Origin: Octopus bimaculoides
Lineage: Eukaryota
DNA: 34,910 bases
Assembly: GCF_001194135.2 (NCBI RefSeq)
Contig: NC_068981.1
Span: forward strand, 113,080,394 to 113,115,303
Direction: 5' to 3'
A program made the translations under genes and the position numbers. Positions 1-11,099 of this stretch are shown here, one piece after another. The first letter of the stretch is position 1. Each line of letters opens with the position of its first letter. The notes below the pieces were generated by a model. The model worked only from the letters and a program-made list of their open reading frames with translations. It ran no database searches and was not told the DNA's origin.

Positions 1-610
1 ATTGTGATATATTTACAAAACATTGATGGCATAACTACAGAGTTGTATCCCCCAACTTTGGAAGGTCATAACTTTCATAAAAATGAATATTTATTTATGA
101 AATTTTCTATGCATATATTATTTATTATGTAGATTCCAAATATACAAAAATTTCCGGTGAAAGTGTTTTGGAAGGGGGTGGGGTACAATATTCGGAAATT
201 CCACTTAAATTCCTCTTAACTTCCAGGAAAATGAATATTTTTTCATGAAATTTTGTACAAATGTATCTTGATGTATGGACATTTCAAGCATGTAGGAATT
301 TTGAAGGAAACAACTGCAGGTTATTTTTGAGAAGTGTTCCCTCCTCGGTGGTGTTTCGGAGCAATTCATCCATATTTGTTTCATTTTTCTCTATTATGTG
401 CTTATGTGCATCCTTAGATTTCTAATGAAGTAATAGGCAGTGAAGAGAAGCAGTCATAAGAAAACTTTTAACTACCCCTATTCCTTTCTCTCCCCCTCTC
501 TACCCCTTCCTCTCTCACTCACTCAAAAGCATACACGTGCAAGTACACAATCATTCAGTAAAATATAACTCATGTTTGTCAATGTTTTGTAAATTTACCA
601 CGATTTTCAC

Positions 611-720
611 TAGGGTGTTAGGGTTAGGGTTTTAGGGTCAGGGTTAGGGTTTAGGATTAATGTTATGGTTACGTTTTTTAGGGTTTAGGGTTTGGATTAG
701 GTTTAGGATTAGGGTCGGGT
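611..720 (+). repeat. Degenerate telomere-like (TTAGGG/TTTAGGG)n tract, interstitial
   Basis: tagggtgttagggttagggttttagggtcagggttagggtttagg...ttagggtttagggtttggattaggtttaggattagggtcgggt; six GGG runs within 613-649. Confidence 0.85.
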
Positions 721-1763
721 AATCGTGCGGGTGTTAATCTCAAAAATTACAGATATGTGAATAGTACCAACCCTGCCATCTATTATAACTTTTGTTGTTC
801 TGTTTAATATATACATAGATTATGCCTCCAAAGAAGAGAGTTTGCTGTTGAAAGACAGCAACCGGTTTAAAATGACAGCCACAGACTGCAACAATTCAAC
901 ATTCCAGTAGCTACTTTGAACATAATGCAAAATGGTGCATCAACACCTTCTGCCCAATCTGATAGAATTCTGGCAAAACTGTTTAGCAACAGATCACCAG
1001 CAATTGCTTCAGCACAAATTGCCATCCTAGCTCCTGTGAAAAGGGATTACCCTGCTATGTATAATCNNNNNNNNNNNNNNNNNNNNNNNNNNNNNNNNNN
1101 NNNNNNNNNNNNNNNNNNNNNNNNNNNNNNNNNNNNNNNNNNNNNNNNNNNNNNNNNNNNNNNNNNNNNNNNNNNNNNNNNNGGAGATTTGGCTATTGCT
1201 TCTAGCAACTTTTATATTTCGTCCCTTCTACCTGTACCGGCGTTCATCAATCACGCGCTCAACATGTAATATAGAGAGCAAGAGTAGAAGAGAGAGAGAG
1301 GGAGAGAAAGTGATACATACAAAGTCTTCTTTCTTCTTCCTCTCTCCCATTTAATAGTTTTCTTGTATCCCTCTACCTCTAACATATTTTCCATAACATA
1401 GAAACGTAAAAACACACACAACCACACATACGTGATCTGTAACAACAACATACACATAAACACATACACACATCAACATTATAGATATAAAATTTAGTTT
1501 CTGTATCTTTCTTATATAAACACGCACACGCATTGCTATTTATAACTGTCTTCCGTTCTCCCTTCCTCTCTTTCTCTCTCTTCATTGCTCCCGTTCTCTA
1601 TTCTTTTCTCCCTCTCTCTCGCTCTCTCAAACTTTCCCTATTAATTTCATCGTTTTTTGAATTATGAACATATTTACATCATAAGGGTTTTTTCGTTGTA
1701 AGGCTTTCTTTTTTAGTTGATTTTCACCTAGCAACACTTATTGTAGATGGCGTCATAATTCAC

Positions 1764-1791
1764 ACCTGGACAACATCGGGTTATACTGCTA

Positions 1792-1793
<2 letters not shown>
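1764..1793 (+). mobile_element. Helitron-type 3' terminus (degenerate hairpin + CTAG|T)
   Basis: acctggacaacatcgggttatactgCTAGt followed by (TA)n. Same layout as the termini at 2999-3027 and 25901-25929, but with a decayed hairpin. Confidence 0.5.

Positions 1794-1827
<34 letters not shown>
1793..1827. repeat. (TA)n microsatellite
   Basis: Direct reading. Further (TA)n runs at about 9583-9622, 25881-25901, 32800-32818 and 33004-33036. Confidence 0.95.
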
Positions 1828-1839
<12 letters not shown>

Positions 1840-2711
1840 ATATAAAAGAGACCACTAAGTGGCATGCTAATGTGCTAGAAGAAGATCACTTTCAGAGCAC
1901 CCTCCTCCGCTACTAACTTGGTCACCTAGATATAGTTCTGATATAGATTATGGTTGTAAACCCTAATCTATGTTCCAATGAGTGGTCTAGCTAAGAAATT
2001 ATTTATGACCACTGCAATCCTATCAGCCCTATAGTATTTTATCTCTTTATCTCTTTTTCTACTTTATGGGTTTATTTCTTATTTCTCTTTTTCTTTACTT
2101 CTTTTATTTAATTTTTTTATTTCTTCTGTTACTTTATTCGAATTCTTTTATTTCTTTTGTTACTTTATTCCAATTTTGCTAAATCTTATTTATATATGTA
2201 TCTAACTTTATTATCCGTATTTTTACTTATATTACTCTCGATTTGACTTCTATTACTTTTATATTTTATTTCTGATTTTATATTGTTTTATCCTTTAACT
2301 TTTATTTTATTTTTGAGCTTCTCTTTCTATCTTATATATGCTAGTTAAATATAATCCAATCTATTTATCATTCACTCTATGCTGAATTGTGGTACAGTAT
2401 GGGCAGATTTCTTAAATCCAGCAAACATTTATGCAGATATAACAGTTTAAAGGATAAGCCTATTATAATGGATAATACTAAGTGGACTTTTTCTTTTTCT
2501 CTCTCTTTTCCTTTTTCTCTCCCTTTTTCTTTTTTTCTTTGTGATGTAATCTTGGGACTGAAAATGTTTGCAGCTGAAGATAGCTTTAAACCATCCTTTA
2601 TATCAACAAGGGTCCATTTCTTTAACTAAATGTTGGTGCTCCATCATGGCCACACTCAAATGACTGAAACAAATTACAATAATATAGTAATATATATATA
2701 CATGTGTGTGT

Positions 2712-2975
2712 ATGGATTTCGTACACGGAAACTGAAAGAAGACTGTCCTATATATGTGTATATTTGTATGTGTGTGTGTCTGTATTTGTCCCCCCATCAT
2801 TGCTTGACAACCAATGTTGCTATGTTTATATTCCTATAATTTAGCCGTTTGGCAAAAGATACTGATAGAATAAGTACTAGGCTTACAAAGAATAAATCCT
2901 ATGGTCAATTTGTTTGACTAACGGCGGAGCTCCAGCATGACAGCAGTCACATGATTGAAACAAGTAAAACAAAAA
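2712..2975 (+). mobile_element. tRNA-derived SINE family A, 3' half
   Basis: ggaaactgaaagaag - (TG)n linker - ttgcttgacaacc...gatagaataagtactaggcttacaaagaataa...gctccagcatg...tgattgaaacaagtaaaa; homologous to the copies at 17340-17700 and 19190-19460. Confidence 0.85.
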
Positions 2976-2998
2976 CAAAAAAACTATGCCATTTTAAT

Positions 2999-3027
2999 CC
3001 CGAGCAAGGCCGGGTGTCTCTGCTAGT
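2999..3027 (+). mobile_element. Helitron-type 3' terminus (GC hairpin + CTAG|T)
   Basis: CCCG agcaaggc CGGG tgtctctg CTAG t: a hairpin 8 nt upstream of CTAG, the standard Helitron 3' signature; nearly identical to the reverse complement of 25901-25929. Confidence 0.7.
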
Positions 3028-3780
3028 ATACTATAAAGTATACTATATGTTTTTATATGTCAGTATCGTGTTCTACAGCATTAGCAATGCCTCTTACATT
3101 ATTTCGTTTAAGTCATTTCTACAGAGATTCTATAGAAATTAAAGCCAGCACTGATGTTTGCTGCAACTCATTCTTTATTTACATCTAACGTCTTGATATG
3201 AAACACAGTAGCAAAAATCAGTGCTGGCTGTAATTTCTATAGAATATCTGTAGAATATCTATAGAATATCTGAAGAATAATGTAAGAAGTACTGCTAACG
3301 CTGTAGAACATGGTATTAACTTAGGAAAACATTTAACATACTTTATAGTATGTTATGTATACATATCAGCTCCAGGAATGTTTAATAGTAAATGGTATAT
3401 CCAATAACTTAACACCGCTGTATGCGGTGACTCTATAACCAATGTATTTGGAGGCAAGAATGGGTGCTGATGAAGGGCAATAACCCCCAAAATATGGCAT
3501 ACACACTCATTACCCAATCTTATCTGCGATCTCATTGTTTGTTTACATCTGACGTCTTGATACAAAACGTTGTAGCAAAAATCATTGTTGGCTATAATTT
3601 CTATAGAACATCTGTAGAAATAACTTTAACAAAATAATGTTAGAAACACTGCTAACGCTGTAGAACATGGTACTGACTTATAAAAACAACTAGCATACTT
3701 CATAGTATATTACGTTCCACATACCTACAAATCATTTATGTTTACAATTCCAAGAATGTGTTTAATATGTAAATTGATAT
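3027..3780. repeat. Fold-back (inverted) repeat plus a downstream direct copy of the same module
   Basis: About 3027-3164 is the reverse complement of about 3208-3353 (43-nt spacer). About 3167-3410 is repeated directly at about 3531-3780 (offset 364). Confidence 0.85.
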
Positions 3781-3984
3781 ATCGAATCTATCCAACCCAT
3801 GAAACAGATATGAAATGATGTTAAAGATGATGACAACAGTGGCAGTAATGTACAGGTGACATCATGGCTCTATGTTCACTTTGCAACCATTTGGTTTTGA
3901 GTTCAGTCCTACTATGTAGACCCTTGGTTGTCTTCTATTTATTTCAAAGTGACAAATACTCTATAAGTGAAATTTAGTAGGGGT

Positions 3985-4205
3985 GTGTGTGTGTGTGTGC
4001 TTTTGTGTCCAAATTTGGTTTATGCCCACATCACTTAGCAAGTGATGCTGTTTGCTGTTTGTTCACGATATGTAATGTTCAGTAAATAAAATTTGATTAA
4101 AAGAAGCACTAAACTTCAATATATTTAATTATTGAGGATATGATTAACTAGACCCTTGAAGGCAGTGTCTCACTTGCATGTAGTTCAATGACTGAAACTA
4201 GTCAC
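3985..4205 (+). mobile_element. SINE family A, decayed 3' half
   Basis: (TG)n followed by cccacatcacttagcaagtgatgctg...cccttgaaggcagtgtctcacttgcatgtagttcaatgactgaaactag resembles the other family A tails. Confidence 0.55.
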
Positions 4206-4393
4206 AATTTGCATGTGAGAAAATAATCCAGTAAATGACATAATGTTGTTCAATCTACTGAATAAATTATCCTAATCAGCAATAGCAACAAAAACAATTG
4301 TCCTAGTCATGCTTAATATCCTTACCTGTATTATCATTATTCTTATCACCAATGTAACTTTTTTGTAATTGTAAGATTATCTTTGCTTGGCAG

Positions 4394-4670
4394 GACTTTT
4401 TTCTGTGATCATGCGAGATTTAGCTACAATGTCAGGAACAGGACCCAAATGGATTATTTTGGATGGAGACATTGATCCCATGTGGATAGAATCTCTAAAT
4501 ACAGTTATGGATGACAATAAAATTCTCACTCTGGCCAGTAATGAAAGAATTCCACTGACTCCATCTATGCGTCTACTGTTTGAAATTAGTCATCTGAAAA
4601 CAGCAACACCTGCAACAGTTTCCAGGGCAGGAATCCTTTATATTAACCCTCAGGATCTTGGCTGGAATCC
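4394..4670 (+). CDS. DNAH9/DNAH17: Internal coding exon of axonemal outer-arm dynein heavy chain (beta type; DNAH9/DNAH17/DNAH11 family), AAA2 region
   Basis: Encodes (G)[92 protein letters not shown], the conserved dynein AAA2 Walker-B region. The [16 protein letters not shown] and [16 protein letters not shown] wording is typical of the beta outer-arm group. Acceptor ctttgcttggcag at 4381-4393 (phase 1, G|GA); donor CC|gtaagt at 4671-4676 (phase 2); 277 nt. The exact paralog cannot be fixed from one exon. Confidence 0.96.
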
Positions 4671-4986
4671 GTAAGTAAATCTTGACTCCTATGATTTTAC
4701 ATTAATCTACAAATTCACTAGCAGTCAAATACAACTGTTTTTGCTGAAACAATTTTAGTACCATTGAAATTGACTCACTCATAGTGCTAGAAGTTAGATT
4801 TTCAATAAAGATAAGTATTTATTTGTTCCCAAAGGAAACATAAATAAATCACTTAAAATGTTATATAAATAGAAACACAGAGTTGACAAAGCCAAAGTTA
4901 ATCATATCAAATTTCTTTACTTATTCATTGCAATTTATTAATTGGCTAAAAAATATAGCCTATAAATTCCAATTCATTTGGAATAA

Positions 4987-5208
4987 GCCCATAAACTCAT
5001 AACAGATGAACTTTAGACAAGTACTTTCACTGTGAGCTAGCTATTGAGCTGGTCTGCAGAAAAGGGACTTCCAGTTAGGCAATAAGCACGACTCAGGTTT
5101 AAATGGCTGATCATAACTCTCCCTCACAGTGTAGATGATTGAAGCCAGATAAATGATACTTTGACACACTCTTGTTTGTGATTATTTTTATGTAAAGCTT
5201 AACAAAAG
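4987..5208 (+). repeat. 5' LTR of the Gypsy element
   Basis: 4987-5074 aligns with 8066-8153 (14 mismatches in 88 nt by hand); the remainder aligns with 8399-8505. The outer 5' edge is eroded. Confidence 0.85.
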
Positions 5209-8054
5209 AAATAGAATATGCACAAGTATGGCAAGGGAGAGCACCATCTCACTGAAGTTCCCATAATTCTGATCAAAACAAACCAAAGTATGGTCCGCAC
5301 AAGTTGAAGCACAGATCAACATCAAGAAGATCACCCCAAACCTGACAAAATATTTATATGCAAAAGCAGCACTGGATGAGGACACAGCAACAAGAGTGCT
5401 AGACATCCTAACCTAACCACTGGCTACGCACAAATACGCCACTTTAAAAGAGAGACTTGTGGAAACTTTCTGGCCTAGCAACCAGGAAGCAGCAAACTGA
5501 TGGACAAGATGCTGGCATTAGTGCCCCCTGGTGAGTCACCTTGTTTTTTGTGTAGTGAGATATTTCTCTAGAAATTGCTGCCCCAGGTTCAGTCCCTCAT
5601 AATTCAGACTGAGATAAAAGGACCTATGGCAGTTAGCAAAAGTGATTGACAAGCAATATTTGTCTAGCAGGGTTACGATCAAGGTTGGCCCTGAAACATG
5701 AAGTTATACAAGATTACCTGTGTTTTTATCACATGAAATTTGGGACAAGAAGGCTACCGAGTGTAAGTAACCAGGTAGCTTCAAGAGCTAGCCACCGTTA
5801 AACACCCTGGCAAACACAATCAACTGCTCCTGTATGTCCACAATTGGAGTTCCAAATGAAGATTCCTAATCAACACAGTTGCAGAAGTCAGCATGATCCA
5901 AGTATCTGCAAGAGACCTCTTGTACAGAAAGCAAGGCCAACCTTTAACAGCTGCACAATCAAAGCATATGGATGTTGCATTCTCTCCCTTCACACCAGCT
6001 CACAAGCATACACATGGGCATTCTCCATCGTTGATGTCTATCAGAGTAGACTTTGAGCATACTCACTGCTGGTTGATCTTCAGGAGAGATGACTTGTCAA
6101 CTACAACACATATACCTACATTACCTCTAGTAACATCTGCACATGCCACCCCCCACATAGCAGTCATCTCTCAGACGAAGAACAAATTCTTGACTGTCCT
6201 TGTGAGCCACCTGAATCTCACTACACCAGCGTTCTCCAAACCCACAACCTGCGATGGACTGAAACACCACATCCCCACTATTGGCCCTCCAATGCACAGC
6301 TGCACACATTGTCTACCACCAGATAAACTTGATATTGCGAGGGCTGAGTTCAACAATATGGAAGTTTTGGGCATCATTCATTGACCAAGCAGTCTTTGAT
6401 CATCACCTGTACATGTGGCATCAAAACCTAATGGAAGTTGCAACCTAGTGGAGATTATCATTGTCTCAACGCAAACACAATACCTGACTGCTACTCCACC
6501 ATTCTGCACATACAGGACTTCTCAGTTCAGTTAGCTGGGTGCTCAGTTTTCTCCTAGGTCAAACTCATCCTCAGAAAAGGAACTACAAGCCACCCATCTC
6601 AGTGTCCACCACTTTTGCTATTTTCTTGAAGGTTGCACTTTCATAGTGTTCACAGACCACAAACCACTCACCTTTGCTATGAGCAATCTCTCAGACCCAT
6701 GGTCTGCATGTCAATATTGACAGTTATTGACCATTTCTGAGTACATTACAGACATTTAACACTTAAATGGGAAAAAGCAACCTAGTTTCTGATGCACTCT
6801 CTTGAGCCCTTATCTAATCTGACACCTACTTAGCTTCCAAGTCTTGATTATGAGGGTATGGCTGCAGTTCAACAAACAGATGATAAGGTCTGAACTTACT
6901 GCACTGTCATCACCTCCCTACCTTGCAGGATGTGTACTTTAGCTCCAATCGAATAACCCTATTTTGTGATATATACACTGGGAAACCATGACCAATTATC
7001 CCAGTAGCCAGGTGTTGGAAAGTTTTTGATGTCATTCATTGGATCTCACACCTGGGTACCAGAGCCATACAGCACATGAGGTCAAGCAAATTCATCTGGC
7101 ATGGTATGGCCAAGCAAATTGAAGAGTTGGCCAAAACCTGTTTCCCCTGCTAACAAGCTAAAATCCATCAGCATGCCAAAACACCTCTTGGCAGCTATGA
7201 ATCCCCACAGGCCCATTTCAGTCATGTCAACATTGACCTCATTGGTCCCCTACTACCTTTGCAAGGTTGCTCATACTTACTAGCCATGGTGGACCACTTC
7301 ACTCATTGGCCTGAGGCTATGCCTCTCTGCAGCAAGAAATCACCCATGCCTAGGTTGCCCATTTTGGTGTCCCAGACATCAGCATAAACCAACCATTGGC
7401 CTCAGTTCACCTCAAAACTGTGGAATGACATATGAATTCTTTGGCATCACAATGAAACATACAACAACCTACCATACCCAAACCAACAGCTTAGTGGAGA
7501 GATTTCACTGCTGCTTGAAGGAATCCCTCACAACGAGACTTAACAGGCTCAGCTGGATTGACCAACTTTCATGGGTGATGCTAGGATATGGTGCCCCACT
7601 TATGGTGCTGGGGGAGTTCATTCTAAACACAAAGTCAGACTCAAATGTCAAAAGATATCTTGAGCAACTGAGAGATAGCATGAGTCAGTTACACATGGTA
7701 CACCTAGGTCATCCGTACCAAATGACCACAGCAAAGTCCGTATTTGTTCATTGTGATGCATAATGAAAACCCCTTCAGTCACCTTATGATGGCCCATATG
7801 AAGTGATTCATTCAGGAGACAAATCATTGCAGCTCCTGATTGGTGAATGACAGGTCACAGTTTCCATCAATAGATTAAACCCAGCCCATCTTGATATTGA
7901 CAGTCCCATTTAAGTAGCTCAGTCACCATAGGCAAGTCACACTGACCCCTGACAATGAACAGTTGCCAAAGAGCCAAGTGATTACATGTATAGGTAGGGT
8001 GGTAAAAACACCTTTGTTCCAACAACAGTCAACAGTTCTGAGGGTGGGAGGCTA

Positions 8055-8505
8055 TGTATGGCACTGCCCATGAACTCATAACAGATAAACTGTAGACAAG
8101 GATCTTCATTGTGGGCTAGCTATCAATCTGGTCCACAGAGAAGGGACTTCCAGCCAACAAGATTTTAGCTTAACCCCTTTGTTACCAACCCGGCTGAAAC
8201 CAACTCTGGCTCTTTAATATAAATGTCTTGTTTTCATAAGTTTTGAATTCAAATCTTCCACCAAATCTTAGTCACAATTCATGCTCCTAACACTAGCTTA
8301 ATGATAATGAAGTTATTTTACTGAATTCTTTGTTATATTTTAAATAATTGAAAGAAACACAGAGCATCTCAAAATAAATACAGTAACGAAAGGGTTAAAT
8401 GGTCAATCGTACTCTCCCTTACAGTGTAGATGATTGAAGTGAAATAAACGATACTTCGACATACCCTTGTTTGTGATTATGTTTTAACGTGTGGCTTAAC
8501 AAAAG
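8055..8505 (+). repeat. 3' LTR of the Gypsy element (interrupted by a MITE)
   Basis: Starts with TG right after the purine tract; homologous to the 5' LTR on both sides of the 8174-8394 insertion. Confidence 0.85.
8174..8394. mobile_element. piggyBac-type MITE (221 bp)
   Basis: TTAA at 8170-8173 and 8395-8398. Termini CCCCTTTGTTAC / GTAACGAAAGGG match as inverted repeats at 10/12. The equivalent 5' LTR site has a single TTAA (5099-5102). Confidence 0.9.
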
Positions 8506-9299
8506 CTATAAAGCTTTTTCTAAACATATTTAAAAAACATAATTATTGTAGGTAATAGGTCAGTAAAGTATGGATAAGGATGAGTTAAACAAAAGCTGAT
8601 ATAGGAGAGTCTTTTGGAAGAGTATGTTAGGCAGAGAGGATAATGTGAAGGGGGAAATATTGATAGTTGTGAGTAACCAGAGTCACATAGAATAGTAGGA
8701 AAGAATGGTAATGATGAGTTAAACACAGATAGATATAATAGTATTTACAGTGTTTACCAACATATTCAAGCAGTGAAGGAAAATAAATATATAATCTGAT
8801 TCAAGATAAAATGTAATCCTAAAAGCTGTTTATCATCTTTGCAATATAACCTCATCTTTCCAATACTAAAATTTAAATTCTGTTTCTGTGCTCCATGATT
8901 TGAAACTAAACAATTTACTGTGATGGTAAAATGTTTCCATAAGCCTAAAAAATGTGATGCATATCTGTGACAGAACCCTTAAAATAGATAAATTTTGTTA
9001 TGTATTATATCAATACAGTAGATAAATATACCCCTATTGTTGGACAACAAAGAAATTGAAAATAACACATGCAGCAGACACAAACATAATTATAGGGAAA
9101 CAAACACACACACACACCTACACATGAACACATATACTGACATGCACACACATGCATGTGCACTCACACACACACATGCACACTTTTCTAAAAAAAAAAT
9201 GAACATATTTACTGAATAGAGACACCACATATAATCTTTCTTCATTTAAATTTTATATTTTTTGTCTTACATAAATTTTATATTTTTTGTCTTATTTTT

Positions 9300-9490
9300 T
9301 GCCTTATTGGTTTCAAATTTTGACACAAAACCAGCAATTTTGGAGGAAGGAGTAAGTTAATTACATTGACCCCAGTGAAAGGTTGAAAGGCAAAGTTGAT
9401 CTTGGTGGAATCTGAACTCAGTGCATAAAGATGGACAAAATACCACTAAGCACTTTGCTTGGCGGGCTAACAATTCTGAAAACTCACAGC
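9300..9490 (-). mobile_element. tRNA-derived SINE family B, decayed
   Basis: Reverse complement resembles 22955-23171 (cagaattgttagc...aaagtgcttagtggtatttt...gagttcagattcc...ctttgcctttcaacc...ctggggtcaatgtaatt). Confidence 0.75.
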
Positions 9491-9581
9491 ATTATTGTCT
9501 TATAAATATTTAGTGTAGTTTGTTTTGCATAGATATCAATCTCTTTTTCTCTTTCTCTCTCTTTATATATGTGTGTATGTG

Positions 9582-9635
<54 letters not shown>

Positions 9636-9659
9636 CATATATATGTATATCCCTGGGCA

Positions 9660-9900
9660 GATGGCAGTTGCCCATGCAGCATGTTTCCCCTCGCCACTGC
9701 CACCAGTATTATCCAAAGGAAGGGTGGAGGCCAATATGACTTGACACTAGTGGAGTTGCAAGAGTTGTCCGAATGAGGTTGTCTACAGCATCAAACTGCC
9801 TTAGGGACTCTGGCTCTGGATTTATTCAGGTTTACTTCCGAAGCCTTTCTCACAAGGCAATGGAGTTGGTTTTTTTTCCTGCTGCTAACCTAAGCAAGTA
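9660..9900 (-). mobile_element. Unclassified GC-richer repeat fragment, possibly an RTE-LINE 5' region
   Basis: Composition shift and resemblance to LINE 5' UTR-type sequence; no diagnostic protein motif found. 10700-11000 has a similar character. Confidence 0.25.
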
Positions 9901-10366
9901 AGGGCTTAATAAGCAGCACAGCTAATAATAAGAGTTTTTTATTTGGATGGTTGTTGACTCTTCAGAATTCATCCACCCTTTGACAGATCTTGTAATTAAT
10001 CCTTCAGGTTGACCAAATAGCAAAAAAACACCTTCCTCACAAAGCAAGCTCTGTGGGGTTGCCAGTTTATTTGCAGACAGTCTAACACTTGTATTTGGTG
10101 GTTCAAAAAAAAACAGAGAGGGTCTACAAGAGAGGGGTACAGAGAGGGAACACAACAGACTTTGGTAGTAGTTCCGTTATAGTAGCTGAAAGGCTTAAAT
10201 ATATTGAAGGGTAGTGTGGGAGTTACTGCTGCTTATTACTAGTGTTGTTATTTTATTTTTATTTTCGAGCTGCTAGTCACACAAGCTGTTTGGCTGGTCT
10301 AGTGGTGGTTAGGGAACAGGTGGGAGGGGTTATGGGAAGAATGGAAGAAAGCTGGGACATATAGGA

Positions 10367-10660
10367 ATCTAGGCAATGAATTAAAAACCAGAATGTTTTC
10401 TTCAATCACTGGTCTAGCTAGAACCAGCTTTAGATATATATGTATATAAATACATTGCTATATTAAAAGCAGAATGAATCTAATGGAGGAAAAGAGCAGG
10501 CTAACTATAGAGATCTAGGCAATGAATTAAAAACCAGCATGTTTTCTTCAAACAAGATCATGTTGGGCTAGCTAGAAGCAGCTTTAGATATATATGTATA
10601 TCAATACATTGCTATATTAGAAACAGAATGAATCTAACTGAGGAAAAGAACACGCTTACT
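10367..10660 (+). repeat. Two-copy tandem duplication, period about 146 bp
   Basis: atctaggcaatgaattaaaaaccag...gctttagatatatatgtatat...gaatgaatctaa...gaggaaaaga starts at both 10367 and 10513; roughly 90% identical by eye. Confidence 0.9.
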
Positions 10661-11099
10661 GTTGAAAGTTTAAAAGTCTGTGAGTGAGTGGCTATGACTG
10701 ATTGAAGAATGTGCCCTGGAGAGGACACTCAAGCGTTGTCTAACCATGGTGGCAAATCACAGAAAGCAGCAGTCTACCAGTTTTCAGCCTGCAAATTGAT
10801 TGATGTAAGAGCAAGGCATCAGGGGCTGCTTTTGATGGAGGAAGAGGTGACTGTGTCTCACTGGACAGCTACCACCTACCTCAGGGTGGGCAGTCCCAAG
10901 CCAGTTCGGTGGTGTCCTATGACACCCCACCTGCTTGACTGTGTGTGGGGTGTAGGGAAACTAATATCCTGAATTGTGGGCTGTAATCACTACACCAAGG
11001 AAAACAAGACCTGTACTTAGATATTGAAAACACTTACAGGTCTATGTCATATAAACTGGTAGAGGAAGTTCTTTATAAGCAGCATGTTTCTAGTAAGAT

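Larger units (their letters stand above)
4987..8505 (+). mobile_element. Decayed Gypsy/Ty3 LTR retrotransposon (LTR-gag-pol-PPT-LTR) with an internal RT deletion
   Basis: Two LTRs (about 4987-5208 and 8055-8505). Gag MARESTISLKFP*F*SKQTKVWSAQVEAQ from 5228 plus a CFYHMKFG motif. RT start HHIPTIGPPMH...LPPDKLDIARAEFNNMEVLGII...SSPVHV...GDYHCLN. RNase H FTDHKPL. Integrase IHWISHLG...CFPC, HVNIDLIGPL, YHTQTNSLVERFH, PYDGPYEV. Purine tract gagggtgggagg at 8040-8051 before TG. Many stops and frameshifts. Confidence 0.93.

Noticed and set aside
60-345. Internal direct repeat (aaaatgaatattt...atgaaatttt) at about 81-110 and 228-258
   Set aside because: Looks like the interior of a non-autonomous DNA transposon cut by the window edge; no termini or TSD are visible to support a specific call.
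611-720. True chromosome end or telomere
   Set aside because: Short, degenerate and embedded within an apparent intron with ordinary sequence on both sides.
916-1269. 117-aa ORF, and a stop-free stretch on the opposite strand
   Set aside because: Spans a gap, has no recognisable motif or convincing splice sites, and does not encode the expected upstream dynein peptide (...NPKAVTNDELFG...EWKD).
1943-1971. 13-bp hairpin preceded by CTGAT
   Set aside because: No complete CUGANGA or GAAA on either strand, so not a hammerhead; too short to be a miRNA precursor.
4376-4393. Alternative upstream AG that would add 6 codons in frame
   Set aside because: Weak AAG context, and the extra residues would interrupt the conserved WKDGLFS motif; the CAG at 4391-4393 fits the family alignment.
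9484-9776. Cluster of overlapping ORFs rich in YIYI/VCV
   Set aside because: Translations of (TA)n/(TG)n microsatellites; the same applies to 1251-1585, 2603-2839, 32791-33153 and 34440-34721.
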